This document shows, in pieces, positions 40,790 to 50,507 of a DNA stretch of 64,000 bases (positions are counted from its first letter, which is position 1; each line of letters begins with the position of its first letter). A model generated the notes under the pieces. It saw only the letters and a program-made list of their open reading frames with translations. It did no database searches and was not told the DNA's origin. Source of the stretch: Terriglobia bacterium (lineage in GTDB: Bacteria; Acidobacteriota; Terriglobia; JAJPHL01; JAPKYU01); NCBI GenBank assembly GCA_965206645.1, contig CBDBKE010000003.1, positions 448,001 through 512,000 of the forward strand, given 5' to 3'. The translations under genes were made by a program, and so were the position numbers.

Positions 40790-42667
40790 CTATTGGGGTG
40801 TGAATCCTACTGTGCGGGCTTTGTTTTGCTCGTCCAGCCAGCGTTTGAGCGGGGCGAAGTAATCAAGGATGGCCGTGGCATCCATCTGGCGTTGCCCAGT
40901 GAGCGCCTCCAGGGCGTCGGGCCAGCGACGGCTCTGGCCCAGGGCGAGCATGTTGCGGAGCTTCTGGCCCGCTGCCTTGTTGTTGTAGATGGAGCAGCGG
41001 TGCAGGGGTCCCTCGTAGCCGGCCTCGCGGCACAGGGCGCGGTGAAACTGGAACTGAAGGATGGTGGCCAGAAAGTAGCGGGTGTAGGGAACGTTGGCGG
41101 GAATGTGATACTTGGCTCCGGGATCAAAGTTGGCCTCGCTGCGCGGTACCGGGGGCGCGATGCCCTGGTAGCGTTTCCTTAGCTCCCACCAGGCAGTGTT
41201 GTAGTCAGCGGGGCGGATCTCGCCCGAGAAAACCTTCCAGCGCCACTGGTCTATCAGCAGGCCGAAGGGGAGGAAGGCAATCTTCTCCAGGGCCAGCTTC
41301 GTTAGCAGTCCAAGGTCAGCACGCTGGTCTGGCACCTTATCCAGCAACCCAATCTGTTTCAGGTACGACGGGGTGATGGACAGGGAGATGGCGTCGCCGA
41401 CGGCTTCGTGGAAGCCGTCGTGGGCGCCGTCACGGTAGAGCATCGGCAGCTGCCGGTAGGCGCGCTGGTAGAAGTTGTGTCCCAGCTCGTGATGGATGGT
41501 GTAAAAATCTTCGGCGACGATCTCGATGCACATCTTGATGCGCAGGTCCTGGTCGAAGTCAATGTCCCAGGCGCTGGCATGGCAGACCACGTTGCGGTCG
41601 GCCGGCTTGGTGAACAGCGAGCGCTGCCAGAAGGTCTCGGGCAGCGGCTCGAAGCCCAGCGAAAGGAAGAAACGCTCGCCGTAGCGGACCATCTCCCGCT
41701 CGTCCACTTTCTTGGCGCGCAGCAGGGCCGTGAGGTCGAAGCCAGGGTCACTCTGCTTGGGGGCCACCAGCGGGTAGATGTTGCTCCATTCCTGGCTCCA
41801 CATGTTGCCGAGCAGGTGCGCCGGGATCAGGCCATCCTCGGGAACCAGATCGCTGCCATACTGGCTGGCCAGCGAGGCGCGGACGTGGGCATGCAGCGCT
41901 TCATAGAGGGGCCGGACCTGCTGCCAAAGCCGCTCAACCTCCGCGGTAAACTCGTCCGGGGCCATGTCGTACTTGGAGCGCCAGAGCACGCCCAGGTCGG
42001 CGAAGCCCAGTTCACGCGCGCCCTGGTTGGCCAGTTCCGCCAGGCGCTGGTAGCGCGGGCGCATCGGGGGTGAGACGGTCCGCCAGCCGACCCAGACCTC
42101 GCGCAGCTTCTCCGCGTCGCGGCTGTTGGCCAGGATGCGTCGCATCTGGTTCAGGTCGAGGCACTCGCCTTGTTTTCCATCCGGGCAATAGCGCCCTTTT
42201 CCGTAATCGCTCTCTAGCGAGGCAGCGATGTCAGTCAGCTCCTTCTGCTGGGCCGGGACGTTGGGGGCCATCAACGTCAGTGACAGCTTGAGCAGTTTCA
42301 GTCTTCGGGCAACGTCGTCGAGGAGGTCCAATCCGTCGAAGCGGGTGGCGGCGTGGGCCAGTTCTGTGGTGGCGGCGAGGACGTTCTTGTGAGCGGCGGC
42401 GGCCAACCGCTCGGTGTCCTCGGTGATGAAGTTGGCCTGCACCCAGGAGGCTCGCGAGCCCTTGACCCAAAGCTCGAGTAGGCGACCTTCCGCCTGCTCG
42501 AGGAACGCCTGGGCCTCGCTGGCCGTGGGCTTTTCCTCGGCATGCGACATGCGGGCGAGCCAGGCTGCCGTCAGCAAGCCCAGAAAGGCAAGGACCGCTA
42601 TCGTCAGGAAACGATATTTCCGGGGCTTATCAGGCATGGGTTTATCAGGCCAGGGTTTATCAGACAT
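40790..42667 (-). CDS. M2 family peptidyl-dipeptidase (ACE-like zinc metallopeptidase)
   Basis: [42 protein letters not shown]; signal/TM N-terminus. Confidence 0.95.
   Translation of the reverse strand: MSDKPWPDKPMPDKPRKYRFLTIAVLAFLGLLTAAWLARMSHAEEKPTASEAQAFLEQAEGRLLELWVKGSRASWVQANFITEDTERLAAAAHKNVLAATTELAHAATRFDGLDLLDDVARRLKLLKLSLTLMAPNVPAQQKELTDIAASLESDYGKGRYCPDGKQGECLDLNQMRRILANSRDAEKLREVWVGWRTVSPPMRPRYQRLAELANQGARELGFADLGVLWRSKYDMAPDEFTAEVERLWQQVRPLYEALHAHVRASLASQYGSDLVPEDGLIPAHLLGNMWSQEWSNIYPLVAPKQSDPGFDLTALLRAKKVDEREMVRYGERFFLSLGFEPLPETFWQRSLFTKPADRNVVCHASAWDIDFDQDLRIKMCIEIVAEDFYTIHHELGHNFYQRAYRQLPMLYRDGAHDGFHEAVGDAISLSITPSYLKQIGLLDKVPDQRADLGLLTKLALEKIAFLPFGLLIDQWRWKVFSGEIRPADYNTAWWELRKRYQGIAPPVPRSEANFDPGAKYHIPANVPYTRYFLATILQFQFHRALCREAGYEGPLHRCSIYNNKAAGQKLRNMLALGQSRRWPDALEALTGQRQMDATAILDYFAPLKRWLDEQNKARTVGFTPQ
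42623..42667 (-). repeat. 15-bp tandem repeat x3 at the start of the M2 peptidase ([15 protein letters not shown])
   Basis: GGGCTTATCAGGCAT GGGTTTATCAGGCCA GGGTTTATCAGACAT. Confidence 0.9.
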
Positions 42668-42754
42668 GGATGACTTCCCTTCATAAACTCAGTCGCACAC
42701 CCGTGAAGCTAGGAAACCCTTAGGCAGAACGGAGGAGCGAGGCAAGCCAGGAGC

Positions 42755-45082
42755 CTACGGTGGCAGGCCTATGCGTCGCAACAGGTCCTGGAAGCGCGCG
42801 TCGGAGCGCAGGCTGTCGAAAAGTGGGTCCACATTGAGAAAGGGGAGGGAGTTATTATGCTCCTCACGGGCCTTTTCCAGCCAGTCCAGCGCCTGATTCT
42901 TCTCGCCGAGACCAATATAAACAACGGCAATGAGAAACGCGGAGACATGCCTCCGCTTTGATTGCTCGTTCAGATCTTCCAGTACTTTCAACGCCTCGGT
43001 TCTTTTGCCTGCCAGGCCATACGTGAATCCGAGCGCCGGCAAAATTTCTATGGTACTCCCTGAAACGTTTATCGCACTTTGAAACTCGGCAAGGGCTTCG
43101 TCATACCTGCCGCTTTCCGCGTACATTAATCCCAGGTCAAAACGCGCACGGACAAAGTTTGGGTCCATCTCGATCGTCTTTTGAAGTTGCTCTATGGCTC
43201 TGTCGTACTGGCGCGCAACGCCCAAAAGCCGTCCCACACCCGCGCTAATGGTGAGGGAGAGAGGATCGAGTTCTTGCGCCCGTTTAATCTCTGCGAAGGC
43301 TTCCTCCGAGCGCCCCATCGCCATCAAGTACGTGGCATACCAGTGGCGGGCGGTCGGATACTTTGGGTTGAGCTCAATGGCTCGCTTGAACTCGCTTTCG
43401 GCTTCCGGCCAGTTCCATTCGAAACGAAACTTCACAAAGGCCACCGAAGTGTGGGCTTCGGCGAGCGTGTCATCTATTTCACGCGCCGTCCCCGCGGCGG
43501 CGCTAGCTTTTGACATTGCCTCCTTTTCAGCTAGTCCGGCGTACCCGCCGCATCCAAACAAGGCATTGCAGTCGGCCAACCCCGCGTAGGCCAACGCGTA
43601 ACCCGGGTCTTTGGCAATTGCTTGCTCGAAGTACTGAATGCCTTTCTTTAAGCCTTCTTCGGTCCTCCGATTCCAGTGGTAGCGACCCTTCAGGTAGAGC
43701 TGGTAGGCCTCGGCGTTTTGCGTGTAGCGTTTCGTGAGTCGCTTCCTCTCGTGGCTGGTCAACCGCAGCCGCAATTTCTCAGAGATTTCTTGCGCAATCT
43801 CTTCCTGCACGGAAAAGATGTCGGAGAGTTTTCGGTTGTATTGCGCGCCCCAGATCTGCGACTCGTTCGCCACGTCCACCAGCTCCGCGCGGATGATCAG
43901 GGTATCGCCCCGCTGAAGCACCCTGCCGGCGACCACCGCCCGGGTGTCGAGCTCGCGGCCAACAGCTTGCGGGTCCACCTCCCGGCCCTTGTAGCGAAAA
44001 ACCGTGGTCCTTGGCACCACTCGCAGCTTGGGGAGTTGCGAGAGACTGTTGATAATGGTTTCTGTGATGCCCTCACTGAGGTATTCGGTGTCTGGATCGC
44101 CACTTGCATTCTGGAAGGGCAAGATCGCCAGAGAATCGATCGCTCCGCCACGCCGTCGCGGCCGCGCGCGTGCTGCGGCCGGCGGTCCGCCGGACGTGGA
44201 TAACCGTCCCGACTCCGTATCGCGTTTCAGGCGCTTCAGGTCAGCTAGCAGGTCAGAGGCAGTTTGGTAGCGCAGCTTGCGGTCTTTTTCCAGCGCCTTT
44301 TGGAGGATCCGTTCCAGCTCTGGGGGCATCTCCGGGTTCAAGCGGACGGCAGAGCTTGGGGCCCGGCTCAGAACTGCCTCCAACAGGGCCCCGGAAGTGT
44401 TGCCGGGAAAGGCTTGCCGGCCGGTGGCCATTTCGTAGAGCACGGCGCCGAAGGAGAACAGGTCGGTGCGAGAGTCGAGTTCCTCTCCCCGCGCCTGCTC
44501 CGGCGACATGTAGGCGAGCGTCCCGATGGCCACGCCTGGCAGGGTGACTAGTTCATCGACCGAGGCTGTCGGGAGACTCGAGAGCCCAGGTAGCTCCGCG
44601 TCGGGCTGTTCCGGCGCGAGCTTGGCCAGGCCGAAGTCGAGGACCTTGGCTTGGCCGCGCCAGGTCACGTACAGGTTTGCCGGCTTGATGTCCCGATGCA
44701 CGATTCTTCTGGAGTGCGCCGCCTCCAGGGCATCGACGATCTGGATAGCTAGTTCCAGCACCTGCTCCGTCTCCATCGGCTTGCCCGCAATGCGATGCTT
44801 CAGCGTCCACCCCTCCAGCAGCTCCATGACAATGAACTGCTGACCTTCGTGCTCGTCAATGTCGTGGATGGTGCAGATATTGGGGTGGTTCAGGGCGGAG
44901 GCGGCTCGGGCTTCACGCCGGAAGCGCTCCAGGGCCTGAGGGTCGCGGGAAAGCTCTTCGGGCAGGGACTTGAGGGCGACCATACGGCCCAGGCGGGTAT
45001 CCTCGGCCTTGTAAACCACCCCCATGCCGCCGCCGCCGAGCTTGTCCAGAATCCGGTAGTGCGAAACTGTTCTGCTGTCCAT
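42755..45082 (-). CDS. Hanks-type Ser/Thr kinase with TolB-N-like domain and C-terminal TPRs
   Basis: [43 protein letters not shown] and TPR array. Confidence 0.95.
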   Translation of the reverse strand: MDSRTVSHYRILDKLGGGGMGVVYKAEDTRLGRMVALKSLPEELSRDPQALERFRREARAASALNHPNICTIHDIDEHEGQQFIVMELLEGWTLKHRIAGKPMETEQVLELAIQIVDALEAAHSRRIVHRDIKPANLYVTWRGQAKVLDFGLAKLAPEQPDAELPGLSSLPTASVDELVTLPGVAIGTLAYMSPEQARGEELDSRTDLFSFGAVLYEMATGRQAFPGNTSGALLEAVLSRAPSSAVRLNPEMPPELERILQKALEKDRKLRYQTASDLLADLKRLKRDTESGRLSTSGGPPAAARARPRRRGGAIDSLAILPFQNASGDPDTEYLSEGITETIINSLSQLPKLRVVPRTTVFRYKGREVDPQAVGRELDTRAVVAGRVLQRGDTLIIRAELVDVANESQIWGAQYNRKLSDIFSVQEEIAQEISEKLRLRLTSHERKRLTKRYTQNAEAYQLYLKGRYHWNRRTEEGLKKGIQYFEQAIAKDPGYALAYAGLADCNALFGCGGYAGLAEKEAMSKASAAAGTAREIDDTLAEAHTSVAFVKFRFEWNWPEAESEFKRAIELNPKYPTARHWYATYLMAMGRSEEAFAEIKRAQELDPLSLTISAGVGRLLGVARQYDRAIEQLQKTIEMDPNFVRARFDLGLMYAESGRYDEALAEFQSAINVSGSTIEILPALGFTYGLAGKRTEALKVLEDLNEQSKRRHVSAFLIAVVYIGLGEKNQALDWLEKAREEHNNSLPFLNVDPLFDSLRSDARFQDLLRRIGLPP

Positions 45083-45319
45083 CGCGGAAGGAGTTGCCCT
45101 CGGGAGGCCATCTTAATCCGGATCTGCGATGTAAGCCACCTCATTGTCCGGGCGGCCTGCGAACCACTCCGGGAGCAGTCGGCGGGATTGGCTAGCTCAG
45201 CACTCCGATCGATGGGCCAAAGCTGTCGTGGTATGGGCCTGGATCGACTCTTGCGTCGATCAAAGTGGTGCGCCCAGCCTTCAGGGCCAGATCTCGTACC
45301 CGCATGGTAGAATTGAAGA

Positions 45320-45667
45320 ATGCCGCTGTATGAATATGAATGCCACCAGTGCAAGCGGCGGTTTGAGCTGATGCAAAAGTTCAGCGACCCACCGGCTGAG
45401 ACCTGCCGGTCTTGCGGTGGCCCGGTCACTCGCCTGATCTCCGCGTCTGCCTTTCAGTTCAAGGGCACCGGGTGGTACGTCACCGATTACGCCCGCAAGT
45501 CGAGCGGAAAGGAGGCCTCCTCCTCGGGCGACGGCGATGTCAAGGAGGGCAAGGAGGGCAAGAAGAGCAAGGACGACAAGAGCAGCAAGAGCGAGGCCGC
45601 GGACAGCAAGACGACCCCTAAATCGGAGAGCAAAACGAAGGACTCTTCAGGAACCCCTCCTAAGTAG
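45320..45667 (+). CDS. FmdB family zinc-ribbon protein
   Basis: MPLYEYECHQC...CRSCGG...FKGTGWYVTDY with low-complexity K/S tail. Confidence 0.92.
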   Translation: MPLYEYECHQCKRRFELMQKFSDPPAETCRSCGGPVTRLISASAFQFKGTGWYVTDYARKSSGKEASSSGDGDVKEGKEGKKSKDDKSSKSEAADSKTTPKSESKTKDSSGTPPK

Positions 45668-45701
45668 TGTCGCGTCCCAGAAATTCGCTACAAAAGTTCA
45701 T

Positions 45702-45771
45702 GACCACTCGCTCACGCTCGTGGCTCGGGAAGCGCGTTGAAAATACAGAGCCGTGCGCGTCAGCAAGCGGT
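45702..45771. repeat. REP-like inverted doublet
   Basis: GACCACTCGCTCACGCTCGTGGCTC and the reverse complement of the right arm, GACCGCTTGCTGACGCGCACGGCTC (19/25), with a 20-nt spacer. Confidence 0.7.
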
Positions 45772-45812
45772 CCTCCCCGGCCGGGCCCCCAGCCCTGCTG
45801 CATCTGCAACGA

Positions 45813-46634
45813 ATGAGAAACAGGAAGTCTAAGGCAGCGACTGCCGCGTTGCTCGGGATGCTTACTTGCGGCTCGGGAGCTACAGCAGCACGTAGCTTCT
45901 CGCCAGAGGAACTTGTCAAACAGGCGGACGAGATCGTCGCGGTGGAGATTGTTTCAACGAACTACACTGCAACGGCTGCGGATGGTCCCATGTACGTCGA
46001 GGCCAAGGTGCTCAAGTCTGTGAAAGGGAACCTCAACCTCGGACGGGTCATCCGCTTTGGAGCGAGCGCGTGGGTGGGGCCTTCCTATCGAGCGGGCGAG
46101 CGCAGAATTGTCCTGCTGAAGCGACTGCCCGCGGGACACGAATATTTCCAGAAAGCTCGCTGGAGCAGTCTAGACGCGGGCAAATTGAATCTCTTTGTCG
46201 AGGAACGCACTCTGGACGGCTTCTCCCTGTCATCCTTTTCGGACTTTCTTCGCCGGCTCAGCGAGGAGAGCAGGAAAGGGCTGACGATTAAGGTGATGAG
46301 GACTGGCACGTTGACAAACTTGACTTTCTCGGTCGTCCTACACAACAGAAGCAATCGGACCTTGTGGCTGAACCGTTCTGACTTACGGTTCAGTTTTCAG
46401 GCGGGCGAAGTGAGACGCGAGGGTGCAATCGAGTGGAACGCTACCAGTGAAGGTCAGTGGATTTCTTTTCGTCCTGGCGCAACGCTGTCCGGCGTGCTCT
46501 CGGTAAAGTCCAGGGATGTGGCAGGAGAAAGTGAAGGAACCGTCAGTGTTGTTCACTGGAGCGCGCTGTTCCCCTATGTCTCATGGGTAGGTGTCCAGTC
46601 TGCCAAAGTACAATGGATACCGCCTGGAACGTAG
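45813..46634 (+). CDS. secreted hypothetical protein (N-terminal TIMP/OB-like 'ELVKQADEIV' domain)
   Basis: Signal-like N-terminus; SPEELVKQADEIV...VLKSVKG...GERRIVLL pattern; lower GC. Confidence 0.6.
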   Translation: MRNRKSKAATAALLGMLTCGSGATAARSFSPEELVKQADEIVAVEIVSTNYTATAADGPMYVEAKVLKSVKGNLNLGRVIRFGASAWVGPSYRAGERRIVLLKRLPAGHEYFQKARWSSLDAGKLNLFVEERTLDGFSLSSFSDFLRRLSEESRKGLTIKVMRTGTLTNLTFSVVLHNRSNRTLWLNRSDLRFSFQAGEVRREGAIEWNATSEGQWISFRPGATLSGVLSVKSRDVAGESEGTVSVVHWSALFPYVSWVGVQSAKVQWIPPGT

Positions 46635-46635
46635 C

Positions 46636-47595
46636 TTAGGCTGGTTTCTGTAACTCCTCGACAATCTCCTGGGCCGCTTGGCGCGCGCGCTCCAGAGCCC
46701 CCGGCTCGAAGCTGATGGCTCCCACCCGGGCGTGGCCACCGCCTCCGTAGCGCTCGCAGATCGTGGCCAGGTTGTGCATTCGCGGCGGGGCGTTCCAGGG
46801 ATTGGAACCCACCGAGATTTTCGTGCGGAACGAGGAGGGACTGATACTGACGCTGTAAACCGCCTCGGGGAACAGGTGGTAGGGAATGAACTTGCTGTAG
46901 CCTTCCATCTTCAGGCCGCTGACATCGAAAAACACCACGCCGCGATCGCAACGAGCGTGCTGCCGAATCACTTCCATGGAATCCAGGTGGCGACGGTACA
47001 GGGGCCGGAACAGGTTGGCGATCTCCGGGTTCTGTATGATGTCTTGCAAGCTGTGGGAGGCCATCATGGGGATCAGGCGGGAGGGCAGAGCGTTGTCCGG
47101 GCTGTTTTCGATGACCAACGACAATTGCATGGCCGGTGCCTCCAGCTTCACAGCCGCGGCAGCATCCGAATATTGCGCGCCGTCAATGACGTCGGCCCAC
47201 TGGATCAGCTCAGCCAGGTCGGACGCCTGGAAACTGAACCGCTCCTCGGCCACCGCGGCAACAAACTTCGTGCAGGACTTGTAGCTGGGGTCATAGAATT
47301 TCTTTCCGCTGCGGTCCTGCTGGAAGTGCTGGGCGTCTTCGGGAGTCAGGAAGGCGCTTTGATGGTGGTCAAACCACCAGGTGAGCCGGGGTGAGCTGCA
47401 ATACTTGAAGTCCACAATGGCGTTCTCGTCCCCATTAAATTCGGCTTCGTCGAACAGCTGCGAAGCCTTGTGGGCCAGGCCGGTATAGACAAATTCCGCG
47501 TCGGGGTGAATCTTGGTGGCGTAGAAGCGACTGAACACAGCGGCTGACGCCGCTCCATCAAAACAGCGATCGTGGAAGAAAACCCGCAGCCTCAT
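46636..47595 (-). CDS. DHH-family phosphoesterase
   Basis: HDRCFDG, IVDF, WFDHHQS, GGGHARVG. Confidence 0.9.
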   Translation of the reverse strand: MRLRVFFHDRCFDGAASAAVFSRFYATKIHPDAEFVYTGLAHKASQLFDEAEFNGDENAIVDFKYCSSPRLTWWFDHHQSAFLTPEDAQHFQQDRSGKKFYDPSYKSCTKFVAAVAEERFSFQASDLAELIQWADVIDGAQYSDAAAAVKLEAPAMQLSLVIENSPDNALPSRLIPMMASHSLQDIIQNPEIANLFRPLYRRHLDSMEVIRQHARCDRGVVFFDVSGLKMEGYSKFIPYHLFPEAVYSVSISPSSFRTKISVGSNPWNAPPRMHNLATICERYGGGGHARVGAISFEPGALERARQAAQEIVEELQKPA

Positions 47596-47736
47596 GGCCG
47601 ACAGGCGCTCGGGCGGCGCCCCCAGCTCCGCGCGCGCGACGCGCGGAGCGAAAAGCACCTAGTCATAACTGATTCGCGGCTGGAGTGCAAGCACAAAACT
47701 GGGCTGGCGGCACAGAGTGAAGGATGTTCTAGCGGC

Positions 47737-48216
47737 TCAGACCTGCTTTTCGGCCAGGTCACCGACCACGGGAAGCTTCCACTTCTTGTTTTGATATGCC
47801 TGGACCATCAGCACCACCCACAGGACCATAAGCCCCAACGGAAGAACCAAGAACAGGACCAACCCCAGAACCCACCCTAAAACGGGAATTACGGACAACA
47901 CAGCGCTCAGCACTCCAGCTGCAATGATCAGAACTATGGTTGCAGCTAAGAAGAAGAGGGATTGGAAGGCATGGAAGCGGACAAAAGGGTCCCGATTGTA
48001 AGGTTCGAGGACCAGGAACAAGATTCCGGTGATCGGTGTCAACGCGTAGCACAACAGGCCAGCGATGTTGCTCGTAAGTTGGCCGGAGCCGGCGGCACCC
48101 GGTTGGGCTGCCGGCTGGGTCGTGCCGGGCGCGCTCGCGCTCACCTGCTGCCCGCACTTCGGACAAAAGCCTCCGGCGGCAGTAACCTCGTTTCCACAAT
48201 TGCTGCAAAACGCTAT
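47737..48216 (-). CDS. zinc-ribbon + DUF4870 membrane protein, apparently starting at ATA
   Basis: GAGGAGG-ACGGC-ATA GCG TTT TGC: (M)AFCSNCG...FCPKCGQQV continues in frame into NIAGLLCY...FVRFHAFQS...KLPVVGDLAEK. Confidence 0.8.
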   Translation of the reverse strand: MAFCSNCGNEVTAAGGFCPKCGQQVSASAPGTTQPAAQPGAAGSGQLTSNIAGLLCYALTPITGILFLVLEPYNRDPFVRFHAFQSLFFLAATIVLIIAAGVLSAVLSVIPVLGWVLGLVLFLVLPLGLMVLWVVLMVQAYQNKKWKLPVVGDLAEKQV

Positions 48217-48565
48217 GCCGTCCTCCTCGCCTCTCCTGCCCTACGGTTGCAATCACGACCTGCCGCTGGAGCAGGCCGCTGGAGCAGAGAGTAGCACAGA
48301 AGCACGCAGACAGAAATTGAAACCGCAACTCATTTCGCCGCGGCCTATAAGGCTCGGGCTGCAGTGCTTGGAAAGGGTGGAGTGCAGACCGCCAATGAAG
48401 TTGCCGCCCCATTACTACAAGAACTTTCGTACCCCCAAAAAATGGTCCTTCCCGGCTCTTGCGCCAGTCCGTGAAAGCCGGTATGCTCGGGCTTCCCCTG
48501 TCGCCAGTGGGGCACTCAAGAGCAGTTTGCGCAGGACTAGGCGGATTTCCCCTCGGGAGGAGAGG

Positions 48566-48898
48566 ATGGACAAAAGGCGAGCGAACCGATATTCATTCCG
48601 GATGAAAGCCCAGGTGGACTCAATGGGCACTGGCGAACTACCCGGCCCTATTGAGACCTGGACACGCGATGTCAGCTCCAAAGGGCTCTTCCTGGAGCTG
48701 GACCAGCCGCTGGATGAGGGAACGCGGATGAATCTGACCCTGCAGTTACCCTCCGAAGTCACCGGCAAGCCGGTGCTGCTGCGTTGCCTTTCCCGGGTGG
48801 TGCGAATAATCGAGGAAGGAGATAATCGGGTCGGCGTGGGCGCGGTTATCGAAAATTACGAATTCGTCCGGACTCCGGAAGAAGGCGCACCCTCCTAA
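48566..48898 (+). CDS. single-domain PilZ protein
   Basis: RRANR (RxxxR) and DVSSKG (DxSxxG) c-di-GMP-binding motifs; GGAGGAG RBS. Confidence 0.9.
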   Translation: MDKRRANRYSFRMKAQVDSMGTGELPGPIETWTRDVSSKGLFLELDQPLDEGTRMNLTLQLPSEVTGKPVLLRCLSRVVRIIEEGDNRVGVGAVIENYEFVRTPEEGAPS

Positions 48899-49041
48899 GT
48901 CGGCTCCCCCCGTTACCCGCACGGACGTTGCCGTACAATCCTGCCCCCTGAGAGTGAAACCCTCTCATCTTTGTTCGAATTTGTTCGAAACCCTGATCCA
49001 GCGAAGGCGATCTTTTGCCAGAGAGCAGTTTCTCGGGCCTT

Positions 49042-49989
49042 TCACTGCGGGCTAATGGGGTCCTTGCCTGAGTCCGGCTCCCCCATCTCCAGGTGAATGC
49101 TGTTTCCGCCCGTTTGCTGGGCTTTCTCCAGAGCGCTCATGGCCAGCCCGGTCAGAGTGCCGAGGGAAATGGAGGTTTTCGTGTGGGAGACGCCGATGCT
49201 GGCGGTGACGGGAAGTTTCTTCCCGCCAAAGGCGAAGGAGTGGTTTTCCAAGGCCCGGCGCACCTTTTCGGCGGCCGCCAGTAGGGTGCTTTTCTCAGTC
49301 TCGGGGAGGGCCATGATGAACTCATTGCCGCCATAGCGGCCCAGCTTGTCGGTGCCGCGGCTGATGCGGGAAAGCAGCCGGGCGACCTCGGAAACGACGT
49401 AATCGGCGCACTGCGGCCCGCGGTCTCGCCGTAGCTCGTCAAAGTGGTCAATGGCAATCAGCATGCACCCGATCGGGCGCAAGTAGCGCTTGGTTCGCAG
49501 GAACTCATGTGACAGCCAGTCGAAGAAGTGGCGCCGATTGCTCAGCCCGGTCAGAGTGTCGGTATTGCTCATCTGCTCCAGGCCGTGGGCCAGTTCCTTG
49601 AGGTTGTAGGCCAGCCGCCGCTTTTCCACCGCCCGATCTACCGAAGCCAGCAAGTCCTGGATATTGCGCATGGGTTTCATCAGGAAGTCGTGGGCGCCCA
49701 TGCGAAGCGCCGCCAGCGCCGTTTCGAAGCGCTCCTTCTCGGCTCCGGCTAAGATGACCACCTGGATGGTTTCATCGTGGGCCTTAATGCGCTCCAGCAC
49801 CTTCAGCCCACTGATGCGCTCCAACTTGACGTCCAAAATGGCGGCGTCAAAGCTGGTTTCATCGAGCTTCTGCAGCGCCTGAAAGGGGTCGGTGGTGGTG
49901 AAGGTCTGGTAGCCGCTCTTCCGCAAGGCCTTGTCCAGCATCTGGAGGATCAGTTCGTCTTCGTCCACCACCAGGATATTTGCGGGCAT
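49042..49989 (-). CDS. response regulator with degenerate GGDEF domain
   Basis: REC (ILVVDE, ILDV, MKP) plus DTLTGLSNRR, IAIDHF and RGTD-x5-GGNEF. Confidence 0.9.
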   Translation of the reverse strand: MPANILVVDEDELILQMLDKALRKSGYQTFTTTDPFQALQKLDETSFDAAILDVKLERISGLKVLERIKAHDETIQVVILAGAEKERFETALAALRMGAHDFLMKPMRNIQDLLASVDRAVEKRRLAYNLKELAHGLEQMSNTDTLTGLSNRRHFFDWLSHEFLRTKRYLRPIGCMLIAIDHFDELRRDRGPQCADYVVSEVARLLSRISRGTDKLGRYGGNEFIMALPETEKSTLLAAAEKVRRALENHSFAFGGKKLPVTASIGVSHTKTSISLGTLTGLAMSALEKAQQTGGNSIHLEMGEPDSGKDPISPQ

Positions 49990-50114
49990 CGCTGGCTCCT
50001 TGGCTGCGCGGTCTGGGAAACCGAGATGGTATGCGGAAACAGGCAGTGAGTCAAATACGCGTCCCCTCGGCCCTTGCTGCCGACATGACCGGTGTCCGGC
50101 GCGAGGGCAGGGCG

Positions 50115-50504
50115 CTACTTCTTGGTAGGGATAACCTTTGGGGAGCTGACCCGCACCAGCGCGTTCTTGAGACGCTGCTCGTTCTCGGCGCCGCGGTCGA
50201 ACCATTCGCGGCGCACAAACTCGACGAACTCCTGGGTCTGTCGCTGCATCTCCATCATCTTCTCCCGCATGTCCAGGATGATCTCCACTCCGGCCAGATT
50301 CACTCCCAGGTCACGGGTCAGCGCCAGGATGGTTTCCAGCTGCTCCATATCCTCATCCGTGTACAGGCGGGTGTTGCCCTCAGTGCGGGAAGGCTTCAAG
50401 AGCCCTTCGCGCTCGTACAGGCGCAGGGTCTGTGGGTGGATGTCGTACTGCTTGGCCACTGCCGAAATCATGTAGGCCGCTCGGTCGCGTCGTACTCGGG
50501 GCAT
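50115..50504 (-). CDS. hspR: MerR-family heat-shock repressor (HspR-like)
   Basis: YMISAVA...IHPQTLRLYEREGLLKPSRTEGNTRLY...LGVNLAGV; last gene of the dnaK-dnaJ run. Confidence 0.85.
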   Translation of the reverse strand: MPRVRRDRAAYMISAVAKQYDIHPQTLRLYEREGLLKPSRTEGNTRLYTDEDMEQLETILALTRDLGVNLAGVEIILDMREKMMEMQRQTQEFVEFVRREWFDRGAENEQRLKNALVRVSSPKVIPTKK

Positions 50505-50507
50505 GGC

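Noticed and set aside
48970-48989. GTTC direct repeat as a LexA box (GTTC-N7-GTTC type)
   Set aside because: Spacing is N6 and it lies between convergent gene ends; better explained as a 10-bp duplication
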